Source of the DNA: a candidate division WWE3 bacterium
Lineage (GTDB): Bacteria > Patescibacteriota > WWE3 > UBA101185 > UBA10185
Length of the DNA: 64,000 nucleotides
NCBI GenBank assembly: GCA_014729135.1
Contig: WJKK01000001.1
Span: 128,593-192,592 of the forward strand
Direction of reading: 5' to 3'
The position numbers and the translations under genes are program-made. This document shows positions 25,595 to 35,241 of this stretch, piece after piece; within the stretch, counting starts at the first letter, position 1, and the number at the start of each line of letters is the position of its first letter. The notes under the pieces were generated by a model. It searched no databases. It worked only from the letters and a program-made list of their open reading frames with translations, and was not told where the DNA came from.

Positions 25595-25972
25595 CTAAAA
25601 CGAAGTATCAAATAAACCTGTTACTACTACTCTATAAATTGCAACTGCAGAAAGCACAAAAGCTAAGCCAATTATAGCAGACGTAAGATTTTCCCGAGCA
25701 GACTGCACTTTTCGGGGGTCACCCTCACTTGTCAACATTCCATAACCGTTCACTACTATCAAAACGAGCCCTATAATTATTGCTCCCGGCAAAAGTATTC
25801 TGTAAATGGCTGCAAATAAATTCTCTATAAGGTCGGTATCCCACCACTCGTCATCGGCTAACACAACTCCTCCGGTGAAAAAAGCAACGTATAAAAAAAC
25901 AAAGGCCTTCTTAAACAGAGTCACACCGCGAGTCAAACTGGGTAAAAATTTCCTTTGATATAATTTAAACAT
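25595..25972 (-). CDS. small two-TM protein, paralog 4 of 4
   Basis: 125 aa. Loop TSEGDPRKVQSARENL. Its start codon overlaps head-to-head with the start of the divergent gene at 25971. Confidence 0.45.
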   Translation of the reverse strand: MFKLYQRKFLPSLTRGVTLFKKAFVFLYVAFFTGGVVLADDEWWDTDLIENLFAAIYRILLPGAIIIGLVLIVVNGYGMLTSEGDPRKVQSARENLTSAIIGLAFVLSAVAIYRVVVTGLFDTSF

Positions 25973-27908
25973 GTCTGCCTTAGATTATCCTTATAAGAGA
26001 ACGTTACGTCAAGAAACTAAAAAGGGAATTAAAAAAAGTGAAAAGTCCCTAGGGACAAATCCTTTGATAACAAGGTTCAATGTGAAAAAAGTGACAGCAA
26101 AAACAGCACTTACAATAACTTTAACGCTTCTATTAGGCCTCAGTTTAGTCTTCACTTTAAACATTCCCACCTTTGCAAAAGACTGCGATGATATTTCAGA
26201 TCTCGATGATCGCGCAGCCTGCTACGAAGAAAAAAAGGAAGAAAAGGAAGAAGAAGCATCTTCAATTAAAGATAGCCTTGAAAACCTCCGAGAAAAAATA
26301 GGGGAACTTTCGGGAAAAATCACAAATTTGGCATCTCAAATTAACATCACTCAAGGCGAAATAAATTCCCTACAAGCAACCATTAACGAATTGGAAAAAG
26401 AAATTGAGGAGATTAACAAAAATCTTAAAGATCGCCGAACAACTATGGCAGAAAAGGAAAAGCTTCGAAACACCACATTACGCAACCTTTCCAAGAAAAA
26501 CGTGCTTACTAAATGGGAAAAGTTTATAGGGGGTTCTGATGATTTAGCCAGCTTAAACGGCTTTGAGTACGCTACTTTTAACTATATTTTTGATCGTGCC
26601 TTAAGTAAAAATGCTTTAAATTGGATTAAGGTTTTAAATGAAGAGATTCAAAGTTTTGAGGCAGATAAAGCGGAAGCGTTGGAATTGAAAAATGAAATTG
26701 CTCAGGAGCAGACCAACTTAATTGCTGTCAAAACTCAAATGGATAGGCAAAAGGCGGAAGCAGAAAATGTTAAAGGGGCGTTAGATGAGGAGAAGGAGGA
26801 AAAGACAGAAAAATTGCTGTCACTGGAAGAAGAAATTGCCAAGCTTTCTGAAAAACAGCAAGCCATTTTGTCACAAAAGTACGGAAGTGGCTATGTAAGT
26901 GGTTATGAATCTGCAGAATATAAATTACCTGACTGCCCTTTTGATAAAGGGTTTGCCGTCATGAGCTATGGTGCTTTCACACACTACAAGGGAATGAGCC
27001 AATATGGTGCTAAAGGCCGCGCTAAAGATGGCCAAGAGTATAAAGAAATTATTAAGTTTTATTACGGCGAAGATGTAAAAGAAAAAGATGATTTTCCTGA
27101 TGAAGTTTGCGTTCAAAATTACGGAGACATGGACTTCCAGGAGTATTTGTACGGCCTGGCAGAAATGCATGACTCCTGGCCGGAGGATGCCTTAAAAGCC
27201 CAAGCTATTGCAGCACGCTCTTATGCTTACCGATATGTTAAGGCCGGGAAATGTATCTGCACAAGCCAAAGCTGCCAAGTCTTTTTAAAAAGCAAAAGCG
27301 ACAACCCCCCAGGCGACTGGAAAGATGCCGTTGATGACACCAAAGATAAAATTATAGGCGGAAGCACGGATGCCTCCGGATACGGATGGTACTCCTCTAC
27401 AGCGGGAGGATACATTGAAAACCGTGGATGGGACTCTGATGGAAATTGGCCCGGAAACGCCTACGAAAAAAAAGCTGAATCCCCATGGTTTTACAAAGCC
27501 TGGCACACCCAAAGTTATCACAGCAACTCCAGTACGTGCGGGCGATCAACTCCTTGGTTAGATGAAGAAGAATTGGTTGACATACTTAATGCCTGGGTGG
27601 TGTGGCGCAAAGGAGACGATGGGGATAAAGACAACATCTCCCCCGTAACTACAAGCTGTTGGGGAGGCGATCCTTACTCTATGGATAAAATGCGAGAAAA
27701 AGCAGGCGATTACGGAGAAAAATACACGAGCATATCCAAAGTGCATACACCTTCTTTTGCGTCCGGCAGAACAACAGAAATCTGCTTTGAAACAAATCGG
27801 GGTAAAAAATGCCTCGATGGAGAGGAGTTTAAAACTGTCTTTAACTTGAGGGCTCCGGGATATGTAGCCATTCGTTCACGCTTGTTTGATATTGAGATGG
27901 ATGACTAA
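25971..27908 (+). CDS. coiled-coil protein with C-terminal SpoIID/LytB domain (cell-wall glycan-processing)
   Basis: N-terminal TM anchor and a long coiled coil. SpoIID signature GMSQYGAKGRAKDGQEYKEIIKFYYG and ALKAQAIAARSYAYRY. Confidence 0.7.
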   Translation: MSALDYPYKRTLRQETKKGIKKSEKSLGTNPLITRFNVKKVTAKTALTITLTLLLGLSLVFTLNIPTFAKDCDDISDLDDRAACYEEKKEEKEEEASSIKDSLENLREKIGELSGKITNLASQINITQGEINSLQATINELEKEIEEINKNLKDRRTTMAEKEKLRNTTLRNLSKKNVLTKWEKFIGGSDDLASLNGFEYATFNYIFDRALSKNALNWIKVLNEEIQSFEADKAEALELKNEIAQEQTNLIAVKTQMDRQKAEAENVKGALDEEKEEKTEKLLSLEEEIAKLSEKQQAILSQKYGSGYVSGYESAEYKLPDCPFDKGFAVMSYGAFTHYKGMSQYGAKGRAKDGQEYKEIIKFYYGEDVKEKDDFPDEVCVQNYGDMDFQEYLYGLAEMHDSWPEDALKAQAIAARSYAYRYVKAGKCICTSQSCQVFLKSKSDNPPGDWKDAVDDTKDKIIGGSTDASGYGWYSSTAGGYIENRGWDSDGNWPGNAYEKKAESPWFYKAWHTQSYHSNSSTCGRSTPWLDEEELVDILNAWVVWRKGDDGDKDNISPVTTSCWGGDPYSMDKMREKAGDYGEKYTSISKVHTPSFASGRTTEICFETNRGKKCLDGEEFKTVFNLRAPGYVAIRSRLFDIEMDD

Positions 27909-27985
27909 TTAAAACGGTCTAGAAACTCCACAAAAACCAACGCCTTCCTACAAAATCAAAATTCAATGTGGCAAAATAAAATAAC

Positions 27986-29464
27986 ATGTGGCCGAAAAAA
28001 CCAAAAGAAATAAGTAAAATTCATGTAATTCTATTCCTGCTGGGAATCTTCATCTTGTATACTCCCCCAATAGATCCGGATTTCGGGTGGCACTTCAAAT
28101 ACGGGGAATTTATTGTCCAAAACAAAGCTATCCCTAAACAAAACCTATTTTCCTACACTATGCCAAATTACAGGTGGGCAAATTCTTATTGGATATCAGA
28201 AGTTATTTTATATTTAACATACTCAACTTTAGGAACGCTAGGTGCAGGATTACTGTTAGCAGGCCTTGTAACTTTCATCACAATTAAGATACTTGAAAAT
28301 TACTTCAAGGATCAAAAAAACAGCACTATAAATCGATTCTCTAAAAACTTAATACTAAGCATAAGCAGTCTAATAATTTTCGTTTACTATGGATATGCTG
28401 CTGTACCCTGCAGACCTTTGCTGGCAAGTACTATCTTTCTTCTTGTCCTCACTTACACCCTTCTAGAAAAAAAGGAAAACATCAAATGGCTTCCATTTCT
28501 ATTCTTGACATGGGCTAATATGCATGCCGATTTTACTTTAGGTCTGGCAATCCTGGGAATATATAACTTGCAAATCCTTATTCAAGGGGGAATTAAAAAA
28601 GATAATATGAAAGTGCACTTAATTTCGCTGCTTTGTGTAATTATCACCGTAATTAATCCTTATGGAGTTAGGTTGCATGAAACTCTCCTTAAAGAAACCC
28701 ATCCCCTGCAGTTTAAACACATAGTTGAGTGGCTCCCCCTGGTTAAAAAAGACTTCATGACCTTTTATTTTGTAACAATGGGTCTGTTTTGGGCAGCTAT
28801 CTTACAGATTAAAAACATGAAAAAACATATTTGGTATCTAATTGTAGTAACAGCATTTTTCATAGCGTCTATAAGATCCACCTATTTCATTCGGATTTTT
28901 GTGATATTGGCAATATTTCCTTTTGTGGATTTTTGCAAAGAATGGCTGAGTGAAATAAAAAGCTTATTTAGAAAAAATGAAAGAATGCGCATAAAAAAGG
29001 CTTATAACTACACAAGCTTTGCAATTTTTCTAATTTTTGGAGGAAGTTTTGCGATAAATGTTTATGAAGGCAGGCATCCTGAAATATGGCAGAAAAAAGC
29101 AGGATATCCTTATGACGATGTTCAATATATAAAAGAAAATCCTGAAAAATTTAAAGGGAGGATGTTTAACGAATACTCTTGGGGAGGCTATCTTATTTGG
29201 CAACTCCCTGAACATAAAACTTTTATAGATGGGCGTATGCCCTCCTGGAGGGACGATGAAAATAACTCGGTTTTTGAAGAATACATTAAAATAACCAAAA
29301 AACTAGAAAACCGAGAGGCTCTACTAGAAAAACATGAAATCAAATGGATCCTAATGGAAAAAGATTCCAAATTACCAAAACTACTTGAAGAAACAAATGG
29401 CGATAATTGGTACCTCTTAAAACAAAGTCAATCTACATACTTACTTAAAAAAAGAGAGCAATAG
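27986..29464 (+). CDS. polytopic membrane protein (GT-C-like glycosyltransferase or membrane polymerase-like)
   Basis: 492 aa with at least 10 predicted TM helices and a C-terminal soluble domain. No clear motif. Confidence 0.5.
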   Translation: MWPKKPKEISKIHVILFLLGIFILYTPPIDPDFGWHFKYGEFIVQNKAIPKQNLFSYTMPNYRWANSYWISEVILYLTYSTLGTLGAGLLLAGLVTFITIKILENYFKDQKNSTINRFSKNLILSISSLIIFVYYGYAAVPCRPLLASTIFLLVLTYTLLEKKENIKWLPFLFLTWANMHADFTLGLAILGIYNLQILIQGGIKKDNMKVHLISLLCVIITVINPYGVRLHETLLKETHPLQFKHIVEWLPLVKKDFMTFYFVTMGLFWAAILQIKNMKKHIWYLIVVTAFFIASIRSTYFIRIFVILAIFPFVDFCKEWLSEIKSLFRKNERMRIKKAYNYTSFAIFLIFGGSFAINVYEGRHPEIWQKKAGYPYDDVQYIKENPEKFKGRMFNEYSWGGYLIWQLPEHKTFIDGRMPSWRDDENNSVFEEYIKITKKLENREALLEKHEIKWILMEKDSKLPKLLEETNGDNWYLLKQSQSTYLLKKREQ

Positions 29465-31209
29465 TGAACATTTTAACCTATATTCTTAGCCTATTTGTAA
29501 TTATCTATTACCTATTTAGACCCCTTGAGGGATTATTGTTTCTAATCTTCCTCATACCTATAAGATTTTTAAGAGTAAAAATAAAACTTACAGAAAAAAG
29601 CAAGAAAGCCCTGGTGATTGGGGGCATACTCGCCTATCTAACATACAGTTACTATAACACTCGGATACATTCCCATGATGGTTTAAACACACACTTAAAA
29701 TATATATTGCAAATAGCTGAAAAGGGTTTCGTAAATAGTACGGAATACCCTATAAAACCTTACTTTGGCGAAATTATTTTAGGCCATGTGTATAAAAACC
29801 TCGGATTAAGAGCCCTGAATTTAACTTTGGGAATTTTAACACTCCTAAATACCTATTTAGTGTATCAACTGCTAAAAACACTAGAAACAAAGAATGAAAA
29901 AGTAAAAAAATTGGCGTTTCTAATTTTTTTACTATCCCCAACTTTCCTTGGATTTGCATTTAAAGAATTAAAAATTGATTTGATATCTTCGGCAATACTC
30001 TTACTGGCTCTTATTAATTTCAGAAAACTTAGCTATAAAGCTTCTCACAAAAGGTACCTAGTCATCTGCCTCTTAACGGGAATTGTTATTATTACCAAAA
30101 CCTCCGCTATACCTATTGCAATAACAATCCTTATCGCGGCAACAATTAAACACTTACTTAAAAATAAAAACTCTAAAACAATAATAACGACACTCATAGG
30201 CATATCAGTGGCTATCTTACCCAGCATATTATGGGCGCTAAATTTTGGGGGAACAATACCCCAATTAGAAAACCTTGTTGATATAACTCCTCAAAGAAAT
30301 TTATTTGTTAATAGAGTATCTCTAGAAAGAGACCCCCATATTCTTGCAAAATGTAATCAAGATAAATTAAAAAAGGATTATTCTTCTTTTATATTTGGTT
30401 CCAGAACACCCCTTGTACTCTTACAACCAATCTTTTACTTAACAAGATATAAAGCATATCCTTTTAGTGTTCAGAGCATGGCTAATCCCGGGATCTTATT
30501 GTACTTTGGCTTGATAATACTGTTTCCTTACATTCTCTTTAAAAAGAAAAGTTTCTTTGGGAATTCAAAAAAAGAGATGTACTGGCTTATACTCACTCAA
30601 ACAGTTATTTTTTACATACTAGTGGGATCTGTTTTTTGGTACCTGTTACCTCTATACCCCTTTTATGCTCTTTTAACGGCAAGTTTCTTGGATCACATAA
30701 AAAATGCTAGAGTCAAAAAACTTTTCCTGGACATAACCAAAGCATCCTTAATAACAAATCTAATATATGCCCTAATACTCTCTTATATGTATATGGAACC
30801 CTTAAAAACACTTGACGAAAAAAACATAAAACAAAGTGACCTAGTAAAAATATATGAGCAAAATAAAGTAATCTCCAAATTTCGGAAAAACTTTCTGATT
30901 TTAGATGCCTCCGAACACGGACATGCCATACTTACTCCATTTGTTCCTGGAGGGGATGAATTTATAGTCAAATCCAATTATTATTTCGCGAGCTCCCCCA
31001 AAAATCCGAAAGAAATGAAAGAAGAACTAATAGAAAATGGTATAAAGTTTATTATGGCAGAAAAGGATAAGTTAGAAGATTCTTGGTATACAGATTGCCC
31101 AAAAGAAAACAATAAAAAACTTAAAAATTTTCTGGACAAACACACAGTACCCGTCTTCCCTAGAAATACTCAATATAATAATTTATTTTTCGAAATAGTA
31201 GACAAATAA
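29464..31209 (+). CDS. polytopic membrane protein with large C-terminal extracytoplasmic domain (GT-C fold glycosyltransferase-like)
   Basis: 581 aa with many TM helices. Its start overlaps the stop of the upstream gene (ATAGTG). Confidence 0.5.
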   Translation: MNILTYILSLFVIIYYLFRPLEGLLFLIFLIPIRFLRVKIKLTEKSKKALVIGGILAYLTYSYYNTRIHSHDGLNTHLKYILQIAEKGFVNSTEYPIKPYFGEIILGHVYKNLGLRALNLTLGILTLLNTYLVYQLLKTLETKNEKVKKLAFLIFLLSPTFLGFAFKELKIDLISSAILLLALINFRKLSYKASHKRYLVICLLTGIVIITKTSAIPIAITILIAATIKHLLKNKNSKTIITTLIGISVAILPSILWALNFGGTIPQLENLVDITPQRNLFVNRVSLERDPHILAKCNQDKLKKDYSSFIFGSRTPLVLLQPIFYLTRYKAYPFSVQSMANPGILLYFGLIILFPYILFKKKSFFGNSKKEMYWLILTQTVIFYILVGSVFWYLLPLYPFYALLTASFLDHIKNARVKKLFLDITKASLITNLIYALILSYMYMEPLKTLDEKNIKQSDLVKIYEQNKVISKFRKNFLILDASEHGHAILTPFVPGGDEFIVKSNYYFASSPKNPKEMKEELIENGIKFIMAEKDKLEDSWYTDCPKENNKKLKNFLDKHTVPVFPRNTQYNNLFFEIVDK

Positions 31210-31299
31210 AAACTCAAAAAATTTCTTCAAAATAATCAGCCACATCTCCGGAAACTCTCAAACCCGTCACCCAAAACAAAATGCTATAATGCCCTCACA

Positions 31300-31860
31300 A
31301 TGAGCATAATATTCTCCTCATTTATAAAAGAACCAAAAAGAACAAGCTTTGATGGCGAAGACCACGACGAAAGAATCATCTACATTCTAAGACGCAGCTT
31401 CATCACCAACTTAGACTGGATAGCAGCAGCAACAATAATGCTTCTCATCCCTTTCGCCTTAGACCTTCTTTACGCAAATGCAAGCCTCCAAAACCTACCT
31501 TCCATATCCGGCCGACTAGCCTTCATTTTAAACATCTTCTGGTACTTAATCACTTTCGGATTCATCTTTCAAAGCTTTCTAAACTGGTTTTTTAACGTCT
31601 ACATCATCACCAACAAAAAAATCGTAGACGTCGACTTTCATGGAATCCTTTACAAAAATATCTCAGAAGCAAGCCTTAAAAGGGTAGAAGACGTAACCTC
31701 CAACATAACGGGAGCCTTAAGAGTAATTTTCAACTACGGCCACGTTTACATTCAAACCTCCGCAGAAAAAAGGGAATTTGACTTTGAAGACGTCGCCAAC
31801 CCTGCCAAAATCAGAGATTTGATAGCAGATTTGTCCATGGAGGTGAAAAATGGAGCCTAA
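31300..31860 (+). CDS. membrane protein, bacterial PH-domain (DUF304/YdbT)-like
   Basis: 186 aa. Two TM helices after ERIIYILRRSF, which is the typical DUF304 topology. Confidence 0.4.
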   Translation: MSIIFSSFIKEPKRTSFDGEDHDERIIYILRRSFITNLDWIAAATIMLLIPFALDLLYANASLQNLPSISGRLAFILNIFWYLITFGFIFQSFLNWFFNVYIITNKKIVDVDFHGILYKNISEASLKRVEDVTSNITGALRVIFNYGHVYIQTSAEKREFDFEDVANPAKIRDLIADLSMEVKNGA

Positions 31861-32077
31861 CGCGTTGTTTTTTACAGGATTTGAGACGATTTTTAGCTAT
31901 GCGCTTCTTTTTGGAGAGGCTGTGTATGTTTTGTTTGCTTTTATTACGGTCAGGCAAGTGCGCTTAATGAATGCAAGTTTTGAGACCATTATGAAGCCAG
32001 TGTTTTTGACAGTTGCACGCCTCCACTTTGTGTTTTCCCTAGGGCTTTTTCTTCTTTCATTGTTGCTGTTGCTTTAG
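31850..32077 (+). CDS. small hydrophobic protein (uncertain)
   Basis: 75-aa ORF with two hydrophobic segments, overlapping the upstream stop. No homology recognised. Confidence 0.25.
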   Translation: MEPNALFFTGFETIFSYALLFGEAVYVLFAFITVRQVRLMNASFETIMKPVFLTVARLHFVFSLGLFLLSLLLLL

Positions 32078-32196
32078 TCTTTGGAAAACTTTTCAATGGA
32101 GTGGCCGGTGCGCCTTGAGAGCTTCCGGGAAAGGCGGGAAAAGAGGGAGTTACAAAGCTTTTAAAAATGGTGCCAAAAAGAGAAAACTAACAACCT

Positions 32197-34275
32197 ATGC
32201 CAAAACAATTATCCGCAAAAACCCAGGAAATAAAATCACCGCTTCCGCCTACTTCAAAGGAATTTGCAGATACTATTTCGTTTAAACCTGAAAAAGACTC
32301 TCCGCAAAGGCATAAAGGCAGTTTGTACGGAATCTACAGTATTAAAGACCAAACGGCATATGAGACGGATCTTTTAACAAAGCTGATTACGGATATTTTA
32401 AAGGAGTCTTATTATCAGTCGGAGAATGCTTCACCAATTCAAGCTTTGGAAAACGCTATTACGGAGGTGAGAGGTAAGGTTTTGAAGTTGAAGGAGACGG
32501 AGGGTGAGGAGATGTCGGGGGATCCGGTGACTAAGGAGAAAGCTATGCTGGAAACTCCGGAATCCAAAAAAGAGGATCTGAAACCTATCTTTAACATAAC
32601 TGTAGCGGCCTTGTGGGGTGATGTTTTGTATCTGGTGGAAAACGGCAAAACAGGCGGTAACACTTACATTGTAAGGGAGGGCAATTTTAAGCAGATAGAG
32701 ACGGTGAAAGAAGGCAAGTTTGCGGTGGCTACGGGAATGGTTAATCCGGGAGATGTTGTTGTTATGTCTACAAAAGAGTTTGAACTTAAGTTTCCTCCTA
32801 AAAAGCTTCTAAAGTTGAATCCAACTAAACTAAAGGAGTTGGAGTTTAACGAAGCTTGTGTAATGGTTAAGTTTGATCTGGAAGAGGGGACTAAAAAAGT
32901 GAAGGAGAGTAAGGGGCTTTTAAATTTGGGATTTGGCTCACCGGAGGGTCCGAAGGGACTGAGAGGAAAGCGGGAGAAAGGGGCTTTGCAAAAACCTGCG
33001 GGAGCTGCAGAAGCCGGGGGAAGAGTTCAAAACTTTAGGGAGTTTAAAAAAAGCTTGGGATTTGGTTTAGACCTTGGCTTGGATCTAGGAGCAAAAACCG
33101 GATTGAGAAAAATCTTTACACAGGCCAAAAAAGAGTTAAATACACCTACAAACCCCGATGAGGCAAAGCGGTTATCCGGTGAAAAGGAACGCTCCAAAGT
33201 TGAAAGCTTTCCCAAAGCAAAAAGAAGTGCAGCTACTCCAAGGAGAAAACAATTCCCTAAAAGATTGGAAGCAAGCAAAGTAGAAGCTATCAAAAAGCGA
33301 CGGAAACAAATAGTTATAGGAATCTTAGCGGCAGCTTTTGTAATAGCAATTGTTCAAACAGTGCGTGCAAAAAGACAAGAACAGGTAGAGGAAACGGAAA
33401 ATCCGGGAGGTGTGGTGGAAGGAATTGCAGAAACGAATCCTGAGGGAACTGACACAGATGAGGAGAGCCAAGAGACAGACGCCTCTCAAAATCCCCAAAA
33501 CAGTGAGATATTCTATGACATCAAAATTGTAAATGCAGATGCCAACCCTAAATACTTGGAAATTACTAAAGACAAAGTTATTGTTGCGGATGAAAACGGC
33601 ACTTTATATGCCTCTGCTGTTGATACGCCTAAATTTGAGGAAATAGCTCAATTTGAAAAAATAACCGACATGGAAATTTCAGATGAGTTGGTTTTTGTTG
33701 CAACGGAGGAAAAAGTTTATGTTTACAACACTGCTACAGAAAACACTTCAGAAATAAGTGTGAGTACTTCTAAAGCCATTTTCCCCTATCTACAAGCGCT
33801 ATATCAAGTAGAAGAAAACGAAATTTTGAAATATAATCTGAATCTGCCTGAGAATACCGAAACGGAAATCACGGAGACAGTTGAGATTTTGGACAGTTCT
33901 ACATGGGCTCAAAGTGAGAAATTTAGGGATGCTAAGGACATGGCAATTTCTATCAGCATTTTTGTGCTTACTAAAGATGACGAAATTGTAAAGTATACAA
34001 GTGGTACAAGGGGAAGTGTTGAAACTGAAAGTTCCTTAGAGGGGGCCACCGGATTAAAAACGCAGTGGGATTGGGAAAATATGTACGTTGTAAAAGGGAG
34101 TGCTTTTGTAGGGGGCAATGGTTCTAATGAGCTTTTGGTCTTAGATAAAAGCGGCAATTTTGCTAAGGTGATAGCAAGTCCTGTTTGGCAGGATTTAAGG
34201 GATGTGGCAATTTCTGCAGATGAGTCTGAAGCGTTTGTGCTGAATGGTTCGCGGGTTTATCGTGTGGAGTTGTAA
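32197..34275 (+). CDS. large hypothetical protein with a central TM helix and C-terminal repeat (beta-propeller-like) domain
   Basis: 692 aa. TM segment IVIGILAAAFVIAIVQTV near residue 370. Repetitive beta-strand-rich C-terminal half. Confidence 0.5.
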   Translation: MPKQLSAKTQEIKSPLPPTSKEFADTISFKPEKDSPQRHKGSLYGIYSIKDQTAYETDLLTKLITDILKESYYQSENASPIQALENAITEVRGKVLKLKETEGEEMSGDPVTKEKAMLETPESKKEDLKPIFNITVAALWGDVLYLVENGKTGGNTYIVREGNFKQIETVKEGKFAVATGMVNPGDVVVMSTKEFELKFPPKKLLKLNPTKLKELEFNEACVMVKFDLEEGTKKVKESKGLLNLGFGSPEGPKGLRGKREKGALQKPAGAAEAGGRVQNFREFKKSLGFGLDLGLDLGAKTGLRKIFTQAKKELNTPTNPDEAKRLSGEKERSKVESFPKAKRSAATPRRKQFPKRLEASKVEAIKKRRKQIVIGILAAAFVIAIVQTVRAKRQEQVEETENPGGVVEGIAETNPEGTDTDEESQETDASQNPQNSEIFYDIKIVNADANPKYLEITKDKVIVADENGTLYASAVDTPKFEEIAQFEKITDMEISDELVFVATEEKVYVYNTATENTSEISVSTSKAIFPYLQALYQVEENEILKYNLNLPENTETEITETVEILDSSTWAQSEKFRDAKDMAISISIFVLTKDDEIVKYTSGTRGSVETESSLEGATGLKTQWDWENMYVVKGSAFVGGNGSNELLVLDKSGNFAKVIASPVWQDLRDVAISADESEAFVLNGSRVYRVEL

Positions 34276-34307
34276 TTCGCTAACATAGAAAGTGTAGAAA
34301 CTGAAAT

Positions 34308-35069
34308 CTAACCGGCCACCTCCGTTACCGTCTTCCTTTTCAGGCGCTTACTAAGCGTAAAAGCTGAAACCTCCCAAGCACCTGCGGCATACAAAGTTTG
34401 AGCAGCTTCCGTTAACGTAGCTCCTGTAGTGCAAATGTCATCTACTAAAAGAAAACGCATTTTATTCTTCTTTAGACCGGCCATTCCCGGAACTACTTTA
34501 AAAGCTCCTTTCATGTTTTTTAAACGCTCCCTTTTGTTTAAACGATGTTGCGCTGTAGTAGTTTTTTGTCTAGTTAAAATAGAATATTGGTATGGAATCT
34601 TGTAAGCCCTCCCTAAAATTTCTGCTATTACTTTGGCTTGATTAAATCCCCTGGAATGTTTCTTACGGGTGCTTAAAGGGATGGGAATTATGTAATCAGC
34701 CTGAAACTTTATATTTCGAGCAAGCATGTCTGAAACTGCGTGTTTTGTTACCTCCCTGAGAGCTGCAAATTGCTTTTTAGAGTATTTTGCTTTGCGAATG
34801 CAGTCTCTTATCCTCTTTTCGTATACAAAGTAAGAGAAGAGGTTTAAAGAAGTCGGCAATTCTGTGGATTGCCTCCTTTGATTTAGGGCGTGTGAGGTCT
34901 TTTCGGAGTCGAAGACAAAATCTCCCTTAGCATTTTCGAATTCCAGGGGGAGTTGATAATGCCTCCGAAGCTTTCGCGACTCCCTAATACAAGCAGTGCA
35001 AAAAAGGGATCCGTAATTACCGCAGACAATACATTTTGGAGGAAAAATTAGTTTTAGTAAGTTATCCAT
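34308..35069 (-). CDS. comFC: ComF family protein (phosphoribosyltransferase domain)
   Basis: N-terminal zinc finger CIVCGN...CTAC. PRTase motif FLLVDDICTTGATLTEA. Confidence 0.8.
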   Translation of the reverse strand: MDNLLKLIFPPKCIVCGNYGSLFCTACIRESRKLRRHYQLPLEFENAKGDFVFDSEKTSHALNQRRQSTELPTSLNLFSYFVYEKRIRDCIRKAKYSKKQFAALREVTKHAVSDMLARNIKFQADYIIPIPLSTRKKHSRGFNQAKVIAEILGRAYKIPYQYSILTRQKTTTAQHRLNKRERLKNMKGAFKVVPGMAGLKKNKMRFLLVDDICTTGATLTEAAQTLYAAGAWEVSAFTLSKRLKRKTVTEVAG

Positions 35070-35241
35070 AAGTTATCCACATATTTTAATTTGCTGTTAC
35101 AAAGGGGTTAATAGAATCCATTTCCTATAGTATATATTTCCCTCTCCTATAGTTTTATAAACTAACCATAAAATTATTTCAAGGGGGTATATTCTAGTTA
35201 AACTAGAGTCTCAAAAACTTTGAAAATTTATCAGGCTAAAT

